NCBI RefSeq assembly: GCF_964213995.1
Contig: NC_135809.1
Location: 54,002,001 to 54,066,000, forward strand
Reading direction: 5' to 3'
Source: Mustelus asterias
Lineage: Eukaryota
DNA length: 64,000 nucleotides
Part shown: positions 23,697 to 36,481 of the stretch, piece by piece
Layout: each line of letters opens with the position of its first letter
Numbering within the stretch: the first letter of the stretch is position 1
Translations under genes and position numbers: made by a program
The notes under the pieces: generated by a model
Databases searched by the model: none
What the model saw: the letters and a program-made list of their open reading frames with translations, nothing else
Told to the model about the DNA's origin: nothing

Positions 23697-24941
23697 CTGC
23701 TACTTGCAAGTAGATTTTTGGAAAGGAATAGTGTAACTTGGAAAGCTTATGCAGTAAGAAAAAGTGCTAAATTTAGCTCGGCTTCAACTAGAATCTTTTT
23801 TGTTCCCTGAGGAAAATTCAGCAATTTATTTCTTTGTTCGAAGTCTTAAATGTAACCCTTACAAAAAAATGCTCCAGTATAAAACCGACACGAACCCACT
23901 GCCCCCTCAAATTATCAGTGCAAGGTTTATGTTAGGTTATTGCTGGAATATGTGATGATACACTGCATAATTAGCAGCCATTGATAGAAACTGGCCAACC
24001 GAGAATTTTGTTTCAATAATCCCTGCGATGAATGGCTACCGTGTCACTTTCTGGGTTTTGTTACAAATGAGGCTTGTTAAACCAGAGTTAAACACTTCGA
24101 AACACTTATTCCTCCAACTGCTCAGATGCTGCCCCCAACCCACAATCTTCCTGGAATGGGTTGGGGGAGTCGGTGCAGAGAGCTGAGATTGAGAGCTCTG
24201 TAGGAGGCTTGTTGGACCCATCTGCTTCATGCCAGCTGGAAAATAGGACAGTGCCCGGTCTGTGGGAACAAATGGCCTCTGGAGAGGGTCGGGGGTGGGA
24301 ACGGAGGATTTCCCGCTGCAAATTTCTGATTAGGGCAAATTAAACCAGATGTGCCCAGAAGAAGCCGAGTTTACACTAATGAGATTTGATAGAGGTCAAG
24401 AACAGGAACTGTCCCTAATTAACCCTTCGACGACTGCGTTTCCTCAGACACTGGATGTAAAAAGTTTCTCTAACAGCATAAGTTAGACAAAGAGCCAAGA
24501 AATGATGGATGAAAGCAGTCTTAACTCGTTACCCAATGTTCAAAAATAAGGAAGTAGCTGATTTTGTTTAAATATGTATCTTGGACAAGGAATATTTAAG
24601 CTGAATTCTAAGAATTTTGTACAAATTTACAATTAGTACTTGAAATATAGAATGGGGGTTAAAGCTGCTTTAAATTTGAAGATTATTAAGCAAATAGAAT
24701 GAAATTGTAAGGGTTACAATATGTAAAAGAAAATTAGTAAACATATGAAGAAAAATGTTACAAGATATTGGTAAAGAGCAGGAGAAAGGGATTAAATTAG
24801 CTAACTGATTTGGAGCTACTGCTGACGCACACAAAAAAGGTTAAATTCTCCTGAGGAATGGGAGTAAGCCATTCAGCCCCTCAAGCCTGTTCTACTGCTT
24901 TGTTAACCACAGCAGCCCTTAAATCCTGATTGATTCATTCC

Positions 24942-25240
24942 TGGGGTGACATGGTGGCACAGTGGTTAGCACTGTTGCCTCACAGCACCAGGGACCCAGG
25001 TTCGATTCCTAGCTTGGGTCACTGTCTGTACGGAGTCTGCACATTTTCTTCATGTCTGCGTGGGTTTCCTCCGGGTGCTCCGGTTTCCTCCCACAGTCCA
25101 AAAAACATGCTGGTTAGGTGCATTGGCCATGCTAAATTCTTCCTCAGTGTACCCAGACAGGCACTGGAGTGTGGTAACTAGGGGATTTTCACAGTAACTA
25201 TGTTGCAGTGTTAATGTAAGCCTATTTGTGACATAAATAA
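24942..25240 (+). mobile_element. HE1-related SINE, tail type B, inserted in an old CR1 3' end
   Basis: Same B tail as 7664-7938 and 58128-58402. Confidence 0.85.
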
Positions 25241-26345
25241 TTGCTGTTTTCCCTGTATGTATTCTTCCATTTGCTTTTCAGCAGTAGCTATCTCCCTTTT
25301 AAATACCTTAATTGATTATGTTTTGTGTCCATTCTGTATTCTCATTACTCAATGTAAAACTGTTTTATTTTGAATTTGTTTTAACTGGCATGGGTCTGAT
25401 TTTAAAAATATTCCTCCCTTCTGTGCCAAGGTTTTTGTGATAAAGTAAATGTTGTTCATTATTTGTCAACTAGCAAATTTAGTATTTAAATTTTTGAAAA
25501 TCTGAGGAACAATATGGCAAGTTAAAATTTAGATGGTTCTCATAGTTTTTTCATGTTGAGTTGATGTCACAGCTTCTGTTTTGGGAATTGCTTTCAAAGT
25601 TTCAGGCAGACACAGCTGAATGTTATACTGATCCAAACTCGTCCAACTGTTTTGTAAAAAGGAGGGGAGTTTCAGCCCTGCCATTAAGTCAAGGGCTGAA
25701 GTGATCTGGGGCCAGAGATCATGTGGAAGCTGAGCAAAGCTGGATTACCACATGCTGTCATGTGTAAGTGGAAAACAATTAACAGTTTATTTTGCCAATG
25801 AAGTAAGTATGGTGAAAATATACTTGTCTCAGCAAATTTTTTCTATCAGATTGAGTAAATAGACGAACATAATATAATTGAGCCAAATCTGTGGTAAAAT
25901 ACTTCTAAAAGAGAAGAATGCCTTGGATTTTGCCTGAGGCTGGTTAAGTTTGACATGTAATTTGAGTGCTTTTCTTGACATTTCCCAGCAACATGACTCT
26001 CTTTTATCAGAAATTCCTGCTTTATTTTGTTTTCTCCTTTTTTTAAACTAAAATCAAAGTGTATAACACCCAACACAGGCCTGAATATTTGGAAACTAAT
26101 TCCAGATAGTGGTTTTGAAAAAGCCAGGAGAGAATTTCCTAGTTTTAACAAAAATGTTTTGAACTGAGTCAAAGAATGTAGGTTCACACCCCACTCCAAG
26201 ATGCAATCTCGATTAATATTGGGATGCAGTTCTGAGAGGGTGTTGCACTGTTGGCAATGTCCTCATAAACTGCGTTAAACTGAAACTGTGTCTTCTTGTT
26301 TCAGTGGTTCAAAACCCTTACAGAACATGGATAGGCAAAGATTAC

Positions 26346-26544
26346 TGTAAGATTGGAAACAGTACTGCCCACGGTATGATGTAGCGACTTGAGAAGGAGC
26401 AAGCATGGACACAGCACCCATGCAGGCCTGTACCTTGGAAATGTATATGGTTATGAGTTAATAATTTTTGTTCAACCACACAAACCTCCAGACCTCTTTG
26501 TGAGACACCAAACAACATTACAACATGGTGGCAGTGAAGGATGG
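26346..26544 (+). mobile_element. Short LTR (TG...CA, about 180 bp) followed by a tRNA-iMet-type primer-binding site
   Basis: tgtaagattgg...aataat...caacattacaaca, then tggtggcagtgaaggatgg (26526-26544), close to TGGTAGCAGAGGATGG, the complement of the tRNA-iMet 3' end. Confidence 0.6.
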
Positions 26545-27145
26545 ATCCTGAAAGTATGTAAATGTAAAGAAAATGCAGTCTAACCTGTAGGAAGTGTGTC
26601 TAAGTTGAAGACGCAGCTGGAGATTGCCGAAACAAAGCTCCACTGCCAGGCCTGAGTGAACGCAGAGTTAAAGGACCTAGGTAGATCACAAAAGGCTAAG
26701 CAAAGTTCAAAAATAGAAAGAAGGCTGAAAGGCAGATGAAGAACCTGAGTGAACGCAGAGCCAAGGGACCTGGCCACATTACAAACAAGGTGAACAAAAT
26801 TAAGTAAAAAGGCAGAAATTATCTTTTAAAATAGGCAGCAATCAGGATCAGCACCAGTGATCCCTTGTTCTGGACCCAGCCACCCCCCAACTTCCCGCCC
26901 CCCCTCATCCCCGTCAGAGTTTTAACAGCTGAAATGGAAATAAGGAGCCTAGAATGTTAAGGAAGAGTTGCAAGAAAAAGAATAAATTCTTACAAAGGAG
27001 TGTGAAGAGTCTCAGAAATTACTAGCAGAAGTAAAAATTAAAAATGTGAGCATTGAAGGATAACACACAGGAAATAAGACTCTGCTAAGGAAAAATTGTT
27101 CAATGTACAGAACCAACTTCTACCTACAAAAGATAAGTTTGTGAA

Positions 27146-27550
27146 CTGGATGAACTCCCGAGTATCAGAAGTAAATATTAAGTATCATGAAAAATGCCTG
27201 GAAAAGGAGTTACTGATGAATCGGAACAGCTGGTTGAATGCAGAATTAGTATTCAAAAATGATTAAATTCTTGAACTTTGATCCAAGCTGAAGAATATGA
27301 AAGATGAAATACACAGTATGGAACAGCAAATACAGATTTTAAATGCAGAAAAGGAAAACAGATTGAGGATCAAACAAGTGAATTGAAAGAGTCTAAAGAG
27401 CAGTCAGTGACCATTGAAGAAAGATTCTGAAAGGAACTGAAGTCGCTTGTGTAAGAATTTCACAGATAACCCTGAAACAAAGACAAGTGAATTCACCATA
27501 GTTGCTGTGCTGAATGAAAAGATTCATAAGCTTGAAAAAGATTGGAAAAT
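27146..27550 (+). pseudogene. TPR: Intronless, decayed fragment of the nucleoprotein TPR N-terminal coiled coil
   Basis: Manual translation LDEL/RVSEVNIKYHEKCLEKELLMNRNSWLNAELVFKND*ILEL*SKLKNMKDEIHSMEQQI...IEDQTSELKESKEQSVTIEERF*KEL...DNPETKTSEF...EKIHKLEK aligns collinearly with recalled human TPR [41 protein letters not shown]...[22 protein letters not shown]...[26 protein letters not shown]...DDSEAKSNEL...EKIGRLEK. Confidence 0.8.
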
Positions 27551-29539
27551 AAGAGAAACAAATATTTCGCTGAAATTGTGAAACAAGTGGAAATTAAGGT
27601 TTCATTTTTGAAATGTGAACTTCCAGGAAGAACATGGTGGACCCCATGGACAAAGAAAATCCGAGTCCACTCTGTGTGAACACGAGTGCATAATCTCTTT
27701 GGAAAGAGAAGGACAGACCTAGGGTATCCGAGAAAAACTGATGAGCTGTCGATAAAGAGAAACCCAGCTCGAAGGGCAAAAAGCCCTCTGGTGGTAGATT
27801 GAGTAGAGTAGATTCTAGAACAGGCTTGACGGGCCTGCGGTGCTCTTCTAGGAGGCCACTGAAATTCCACTCAGACAAGTCAGTGAGTTTTAAGATTTCT
27901 GAAGTGGTCTGCTCCTCCAATCACAGTCTGTTTCTCTCCCATATTTGCCGCTGATGAGCTCAATCCCTATCATGAGAACCAGACTGAATTGGAGGAGTAG
28001 CAAACACTGGCAACTGTGAGGATATAAAGATGAGACGGACTGATATGCACAGGAATCTGCTCACCATGTTTTCCCGTGGCCCCAGCTGCTTTCCTCTAGC
28101 TCCTGGTTCCATGGTCCAGCCCCCACCTCTCCTGGCATTCCCCCATCTCCAAGTGCTCCCCCTCTTCTGGCACTCTCCTCGGCAGGTATCAGTGTTCAGG
28201 CATCACCAGGCCTTAGGCTTCAGGTCCCTCACCCCCCCCCCCCCCCCCCCCCCCCCCGAGCCAATTTAGTAAGGGTGAATAATTGAGTGTGAGGGTTGGT
28301 GGGTGAGTGAGTGTGACGAAAGGCAGCTAAGTGGGCGGGGGTGTACGAACGAGGGTGTGAGAGGGAGGAGTGAGTGTGTGTCTGGCTTACTCCCAGTCTC
28401 GGGGTTCTCATTTGCCCTCACCAGCAGACACACTCACCCATTCACACTGTGGGTGAGAGTGTGAGTGAGTGAGCATCCTGAAACTGAGAGTGAGCGGAAC
28501 ATGCACGCTCTCACCCTTTCACACTCTAACAGCTGTCTTTGTTTATTACTTGTTTTTTAATTGTCAATGCATTGTTGTGACTTTGTTTTGCCCAGCAAAT
28601 TGTATTTCCTGCATCAGCTTTTTTAAAAAAATCATGTCTACTGTTGTGTCAAACCCAAACTTCCTTACGTTTGTTCATCAACCAATCCCCCTCGCACCCC
28701 GAGTTTGAAAATTGAAATATGCCCCCCACCCCCACGTGAAAAGGTTGGACAAGCCTTGTCTAGAAGGAGCCAGTGCCCATGTAGGGCTGTGAGGGTGGGC
28801 GAATGAGTGAGTGTATAGAAAATGTATATAGTTAGGACTTTTTATTGAACAGTTTATGTTTAACCATACAAGCCTCCAAATCTCTTAGTGCGACACCAGG
28901 AAAAAAATCCTGCAGCAGTTCACATGCATTTGGCAGAATTTGAAATACTGGGAGTTCTCCTGGTTTCCCTGACCACCATCACCAAAAATAAACTAGTTAG
29001 TCATTGCTGTTTCTGAATGCTTGCAGTGTGCAAAATGGCTGCCGGATTAATCTAAAGTTGTTGCACCTCGAAGGTAATTTGATGTGCAAAGCATTAACGC
29101 AATATTTCTGTGAGATGCAATTCTTCTTTGTTGCAAATTGTTTATTTTTTTTCGTACTTCAGTTGTGCATTGCACTTTGGTTGTGTGCCCATAGAGCCAG
29201 TGTGAGGCAAGATCTTGAGGAAAGAAGGAAGAAGAAATACTGAGAAGGTGTCATAGTTCCAAAAAACCTTTTTTTTTAAAAAGTGAATGCAAGTAACAGA
29301 ACAAAATCCAGAAGATCGGAGTTTATTTTTTTACTGATGTGTGAATTTAAGTCATTTCCCAAAAAAGTTGTTTATTTGTGTGTTGATCATAGACACCAAC
29401 AGCAGCTAAAACAGGAGCAGTTTGAAGCTGCCGTTCATTGCGATAAACACAATCCGCCAGCAAGTTTACTCTGCTCTCTAGTTATCTCCAGGAGAAATTC
29501 TTGATTCAGCCTCCTCGAAATTACTGTCCTTGTCTCAAG

Positions 29540-30357
29540 AGTAGTGGAGAACATGCCCCTGTCTACATCAACTGGGATAAAGTAGAAATGGTCAAGAGTT
29601 TCAAGTTTTTAGGTGTCCAGATCACCAACAACCTGTCCTGGTCCCCCCCCCTTTCCGACGCTATAGTTACGAAAGTCCACCTCTACTTTCTCAGGAGACT
29701 AAGGAAATTTGGCATGTCCGCTATGACTCTCACCAACGTTTACAGATGCACCACAGAAAGCATTCTTTCTGGTTGTATCACAGCTTGGTATGGCTCCTAC
29801 TCTGTCCAAGACTGCAAGAAACTACAAAGGGTCGTGAACGAAGCACAGTCCATCCCTCAAACCAGTCTCCTATCCATTGACACTGTCTACACTTCCCCAT
29901 TGATGTAGACAGGGGCATGTTCTCCACTACGCTTCCTGAAGTCAATGACTTTCTCCTTTATTTTGTTGACATTGGGGGAGAGATTATTGTCATCGCACCA
30001 ATTCACCAGATTCTCTATCTCTTTCCTGTACTCCGTCTTGTCATTATTTGAGATCCAACCCACTATAGTGGTGTCACCAGCAAATTTGAAAATCGAGTTG
30101 AAGGGGAATTTGACCACACAGTCATAGGTGGATAAGGAGTATAGTAAGGGGCTGAGGCACAGCCTTGTGGGGGACTGCTGTTGAGGATGATCATGGAGGA
30201 GGTGTTGTTGCCTATCCTTACTGATTACGGTCTGTGGATTAAGAAGTTCAGGATCCAGTCGCAGAGGGAAGGGCCAAGCTCCAGGCCATGGAGTTTGGAG
30301 ATAGGTTTTGTAGGAATAATCGTGTTGAAGGCTGCGCTGTAGTCAGTAAATAGGAGT
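29540..30357. mobile_element. Rex1/Babar RT fragment with internal inversion (29540-29897 +, 29887-30357 -)
   Basis: SGEHAPVYIN..FKFLGVQITNNLSW..LYFLRRLRKFG on +; IFKFAGDTTIVG..KVIDFRK on -. Confidence 0.85.
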
Positions 30358-31229
30358 TGTGTTATCTATCCTGGGATTCAGGTTTAGAATAAAAGCCTAT
30401 GCAGTACTTCAGCAATACAAATCTGTAGCTGATGACAAAGTCACTCACTGTTACTTATACTTAAACTATAAACTGTGTCTGTATTACCATGTTCCAACAG
30501 TGGTGGTGGTCCAATTCTTGTGGAAAGCATAAACTTGAGCCAACTTCATCTCTGCCTTGGGCATTGGATAGAATTGTAAATGGGAGAGAGTTTACGTTGA
30601 GGTCAATGTAGCAACAATCTCTACCACGCTGGCACTATAACATTAAAGCACAGCACACCTTGTGCACAAATTGGCTGCATAATTACAACAGTGACTATAC
30701 CTCAAAAGTGCTTCTTCATCTTGAAGCATTTTGGGACGCCTAGGAGTCACAAACAGTGCTTTATAGATACAAGTTTTTCTGACTTTAATGATTGAAACAA
30801 ACATGCTCCTTTTTTGTCTCCTCCGCTATTGTCTGGTCTGACAAATCACTTTAGCTCCTTTATTTTGTTGTACAAATGCCCAGTAGTGCCAGGAATGAAT
30901 TCAGCATTTACTGATGAGTGGGTGGACATTTTAGGAAACAGCGTGGGAACAGATTTGTCCTGGTTATTTTTTTCCCCACATTGTCCTGATTGAGATCAGT
31001 TGTGGGCTCTTTCATTCTGAGATAGCTAGTTGGATGATGAAGTACAGTAGTAGTTTTCAATATTAAAGCCTTTGAGCAAATGAGATGACTATTGAATGTG
31101 TGTCCCACACCCCCCACCCTACCTCAAATAAAAGCTGCTCTTGTAGAGAACAAATGGTAACTACTGAGTAACATAAGGGAGAAAAGGCACAATCTTGTTG
31201 ATATTCATACAAGGCCTTGTACGGCTTAC

Positions 31230-31396
31230 AGTCTGGTCAGTGCTGTTTTCTTGCTGCAACTCTTGAAATGGGATGACGTGCTAGTTTTGAAACCTTCTGT
31301 TTTGTAGCTGATGATGTTGAAGGCGATGGGGCTTAATTGTTTGTTTTTGTCCAGATTAGCCATGGAACAATTATTTGAATAATTAGTCACTGAAAT
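31230..31396 (-). CDS. Candidate 167-nt host exon (ISVTNYSNNCSMANLDKNKQLSPIAFNIISYKTEGFKTSTSSHFKSCSKKTALTR)
   Basis: Acceptor ttcttctctgcag, donor ACT|gtaagc, single open frame, phase 0 to 2. Confidence 0.3.
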
Positions 31397-32254
31397 CTGC
31401 AGAGAAGAACTGCATTGCATTACTTTTCACAAACTAAAAACCTTTACAATTTGACTGTAGTTTCTGCATTAGTCTATAAGGCCTTTTTGTATGTCTCTCT
31501 CTGTCCATATATGTCTAATATATATTATATGTATATCGTTGTTTTCTTGGTGGCTAAGTAGTAACTGGGTGGAAGCTTTCTCTTTCTCGGACAAAGTCTG
31601 TCATTCTAAGGAGCATGAACTGCTTGGCAAGGCGTGTGTGAATCTGCCTTCTGCACAATAACAGCTGAACATGACAGGAAAGCAGATTCATCTGATTCAC
31701 TGGTGTCTATGATGTGTTGGAAGAGGAATTTCAAGCATCTCCTTTTTAAGGCCCTGTTTTCTTCAAGGCTTCTGGGGAAACTGCTAAAATTGAGCAATGC
31801 TTGGTACGATCTGTCCCTTTAAGGCCATTACCTAATTCTTTCCTTAGGAAGATATGCTCTAATTAAGCACATCTGGGAGTCAGGATTTTTCCACAAAGTA
31901 TATTGACTGAACAATCAAATTGCGAACCAAAATGCTTCTGGAAAATGCCAAAGCTACAGATGAGTGATGTGAAACTGTGGGCTAAATGTTCACAAAGGAG
32001 TCATTTGTTTTATTACACAGTTATATTTTCTAAACTCTTAAGCATCAGAAAAAAATGGGGGGAGGGGGATGGTTAATCACAGATGACCTTTCTGTGGTGT
32101 GTTTGAGTAATCTGGGATCTGGTATTTAGAAGCAGTTACCAAGTTATAGAAATTTTCTAGAACAAGTAACTTCGAATTGATCCTAGGATGTGCTTAATTA
32201 GAGCACCTGCTCCGAAGGAGGCTGTTGAGTGGTGGCCTTAAAGACACAGATTAT

Positions 32255-32553
32255 GGGTGGCACTGCTGCTTCACAGCGCCAGGGACCCAAGTTCGAGTCC
32301 AGCCTTGGGTCACTGTCGGTGTGGAGTTTGCACATTCTCCCCGTGTCTGCGTGGGTTTCTTCCAGGTGCTCCGGTTTCCTTCCACAGTCCAAAGATGCGC
32401 AGGTTAGGTGGATTAGCCGTGCTAAATTGCCCCTTAGTGTCAGAGGGACTAGCTCGGGTAAAAGCATGGTGTTACGGGAATAGGGCCTGGGTGGAATTGT
32501 GGTTGGTGCAGACTCGATGGGCCGAATGGCCTCCTTCTGCACTGTAGGGTTCT
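32255..32553 (+). mobile_element. HE1-type SINE
   Basis: Matches other copies. Confidence 0.88.
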
Positions 32554-32686
32554 AAATACTTAGCATTGCTTCATTTTAGCAACTAACCATCACAACCATG
32601 CTTCAACACTGTCCTTCCCCAACAGATGCCCCTTCGGATATTTCAATTGTTTACAGAGGATGAAGTCATAGAAATTTGCAGCACAG

Positions 32687-32981
32687 TGTAGTTGCATGGC
32701 CTTTTAAGCCGGGTTGGTGTGTGGGGGGAGGGGGGGGGAGGGTTTGGTTCTCCTCAGGCCACGTGATCGGTGAGGACCCTATGGATCATCCCAGCAAGAA
32801 ACTGAGCTAGCCAGCAGGAGGATGTATACCACAGGTCGAGGAGGGACTCGCAGTTGGAGCCAGGGAGTTGAGTAGAGCAGTCGCATTGTAATATAGTCCA
32901 AACTTGTGTATATATATTCTTTATTTGGCAATAAAGCCTTTATTGATTCAAGCCACATCGAGTTGCCCTCGATCTATTACA
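32687..32981 (+). mobile_element. Solo LTR (about 295 bp)
   Basis: TGTAG...TTACA termini, AATAAA near 32930, near-perfect 5-bp TSD cacag/cacac. Confidence 0.6.
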
Positions 32982-33299
32982 CACACAAATACGTTCATCC
33001 CAAGTGTGTCTGGTGTCTTTTTGAAAGTGGTCATGCTTATTCCCACAACTCCACTTGTGGTCCATAACCCTGTAAGTTCCTTACCTTGTTCAACTGTTTT
33101 AAAATAATTTTATATTTCACCTACTCCCCATCTCAATCACTTGGTACTTCGTTAGTGGCGTTAGCATTTACATGAGTGGTCATTTTTAAAGGAATTTGGT
33201 GATATCTTGGCACCTTAGATACTGCCCTTTCACTTCTGAAACTTGGCATTAAATATAACTCAGACTGGTGAAAAAAAAATCTGTTCAGTCTGTTGGTTT

Positions 33300-34615
33300 A
33301 AGGGCCCCAATAACTGGGCACAGTACTCCAGCTGAGGCCAAACTGGTGTTCTTATAATTTCAACATAACCTTCTTGCTCTTGCACTCTCTGCCTCTATTA
33401 ATAAAACACAGTATACTGTATACTTTTTTAACCACTCTCAACCTGTCCCGCCACCATCAAGATTCATGCTCATATACACCCAGGTCTCTCTGCTCCTGCA
33501 CACCCTTTAGAGACCTTGTACCCTTTAGTTTATATTGTCTCTCCACGTTCTTTCCACCAAAATGAATCACTTCAAATTTCTCCACATTGAACTTGTCCGC
33601 CCATTCCTCCAACTTTTCTCTGCCTTTTTGAAATTCTACATTAACCTCCTCACAGTTCACAATGCTTCCAAGTTTCATATCTTCCCCAAAATTTGAAATT
33701 GTGCCCTGTACACCAGTATCTAGGTCATTAATATATGTCAGGAAAAGGAACAGGTCCAACACTAATGCCTGGGGAACACCAATACAAACCTTCCTGCAGC
33801 CCGCAAAACTCCATTAACATTTTTTCCTGTCACTCAGTCAATTCTGTATCCATGTTGCTACTATCCCTTTTATTCTGTGAGCTCAACATTTGCTCACAAT
33901 CTATGCTGGCTTTATTTAATTAACCCACATTTGTTCATGTGACTAATGATTTTGTTCCAAATTATTATCTCAAAGTTTCCCCACCACCGAAGTTAAACTG
34001 ACTAGCCTACCATTGCTGGGCTTATTTTTCCACCCTTTTTCGAAAAAGAATGTAATATTTACAATTTTCTAGTACTTGCGTTGAAAGGAGTTAAACCCAA
34101 TCAGAGTGTTGTAACCGTTTCTGGGCACCACACTTTAGGAAGGATGTAAAGACGATACAGATGAAATTTACTGAATCGGTTCCAAGGATGGGAGACTTTG
34201 GTTTGAGTTAGTTGGATTGGAGAAGCTGGGGCTATTCCCCCAGAAAAAGAGATATGTCACCTAGAGTCATTTTGTCAATTAGCTTAAATCTATGTCCTCT
34301 GTTTACCAAACTTTCTGTCACTGGAAACAGATTCTCTGTTTACCCAGTTAAAGCCCTTCATTATTTTAAAGATTTCAATCCCCTTTAACTTTCTGTGCTC
34401 TAAGGTGATCAAATCCATTTCTCCAGTCCTTTCACATTACTGAAGTTCTCACCCACAGTATCATTTTAGTAAATCATCTTTAAACTTTCTCCAAGGCATG
34501 GAGATACTTGCTGAGGTGTGGTGTCCAGAATTAGTCACAATATACATCTCCCCTCTTTATAAAGTCAAAGAACTCCTGTGCATTTTCAATGGTTCTGTCA
34601 GCTTGTCAGTTTCAA
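33300..34615 (-). mobile_element. Cluster of old CR1 LINE fragments (mostly minus strand)
   Basis: LTYINDLDTGVQGTISNFGEDMKLG...FNVEKFEVIHFG...VQEQRDLGV. Confidence 0.7.
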
Positions 34616-36481
34616 AAATTTGATTTTTGATTTGATTTATTATTGTCACATGTATTAGTACATAGTGAAAAGCATTGTTTCTTGCACGCTATACAGACAA
34701 AGCATACCATACATAGAGAAAGGAAGGAGAGAGTGCAGAATGTAGTGTTACAGTCAGAGCTAGGGTGTAGAGAAAGATCAACTTAATGCAAGGTAGGTCC
34801 ATTCAAAAGTCTAATGGCAGCAGGGAAGAAGCTGTTTTGAGTCATTTGGTACGTGACCTCAGAATTTTGTATCTTTCTCCCAGTGGAAGAAGGTGGAAGA
34901 GAGTAGGTGTGTGGGGTCCTTGATTATGCTGGCTGCTTTTCCGCTGCAGCGGGAAGTGTAGACAGTGTCAGTGGATGGGAGGCTAGTTTGAGTGATGGAC
35001 TGGGCTTCATTCGCTACCCTTTATAGTTTACTATGGTCTTGGACAGAGTAGGAGCCATACCAAGCTGTGATACAACCAGAAAGAATGCTTTCTATGGTGC
35101 ATCTGTAAAAATTGATGAGAGTCGTAGCAGACATGCCAAATTTCCTTAGTCTTTTGAGAAAGTAGAGGCATTGGTGGGCTTTCTTAATGATAGCATCGGC
35201 ATGGAGGTTTGTTGATCTGGACACATAAAAACTTGAAGCTCGCAATCATTTCTACTTCGTCCCCATTGATGTAGACAGGGACATGTTCTCCACTATGCTT
35301 CCTGAAGTCGATGACTATTTCCTTCATTTTGTTGACATTGAGGGAGAGATTATTGTCATCGCACCAATTCACCAGATTCTCTCTCTCTCTCGTACACCGT
35401 CACGTCATTGTTTGACGTTCGACCCACTACGGTGTTGTTATCAGCAAACTTGAAAATCAAGTTGGAGGGGAATTTGGCCACATAGTCATAGGTGTATAAG
35501 GAGTATAGTAAGCAGTTGAGGACACAGCCACACAGCCTTGAGGCACTGGTGTTGAGGATGGTCATGGAGGAGGTGTTATTGCCTATCCTTACTGATTCCA
35601 GTCTGTGGTTAGGAAGTTCAGGATCCAATTGCAGAGGGAGGAGCTAAGCCCCAGGCTATGGAGTTTGGAGATGAGTTTCGTAGGAATAATGGTGTTGAAG
35701 GCTAAGCTGTAGTCAATAAATAGGAGTCTGACATAGGTATCTTTGTTATCTAGGTGTTCCAGGACTGAGTGAAGGGCCAGGGAGATGGTGTCTGCTGTGG
35801 ACCTATTGCAGCAGTAAGTAAGCTATATTGGATCCAGGCAATCTGGGAGGCCGGAATTGATTCGTCCCATGACTAACCATTATAAAGCACTTCATAATGA
35901 TGGATGTCAGAACCATTGGCCGACAGTCATTAAGGCACGCTGCCTGGCTTTTCTTTGATACCGGAATGATAGTCATCGTCATGAAGCAGATAGGGATCTC
36001 AGATTGTTGTAAAGAGAGGTTAAAGATGTCTGTGAATACCCCCGCGAGGTGGTCCATGCAGGATCTGAGAGCTCGTCTGGGTACCCCATCCGGGCCAGTC
36101 ACTTTCCATGGGTTGACCTTCGAGAAGGCGGCACTGACGTCTGCAATGGTGACCTGTGATACAGGTTCGTCCGAGGCTTTTGGGGTGGAGGGCTGACCTC
36201 TTGCTCAAAATGGGCATAGAACGCATTGAGCTCATCAGGGAGGGTTGCATTGGTGCTGGCGATTTTACATGCCTTCATCTTGTCGCCTGTTATGTCTTGC
36301 AGACCTTGCCATAGTCAGCAGGGGTCCATGCACTAGCCTGGGACTCCAGCTTGGTCCGGTACTGTCTTTTGGTATCTTTGATAGATCTACTTAGATCATA
36401 TCTGGCTTTTATATAGGTCAGGATTACCTGACTTGAATGCCTCAGACCTGGACTTCAGCAAGCAATGGATATCCCTGTTCA

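Noticed and set aside
23700-23745. LRR-like peptide VTLFLSKNLL upstream of the candidate exon
   Set aside because: It is a single motif lying in the probable polypyrimidine tract, with no other LRR repeats.
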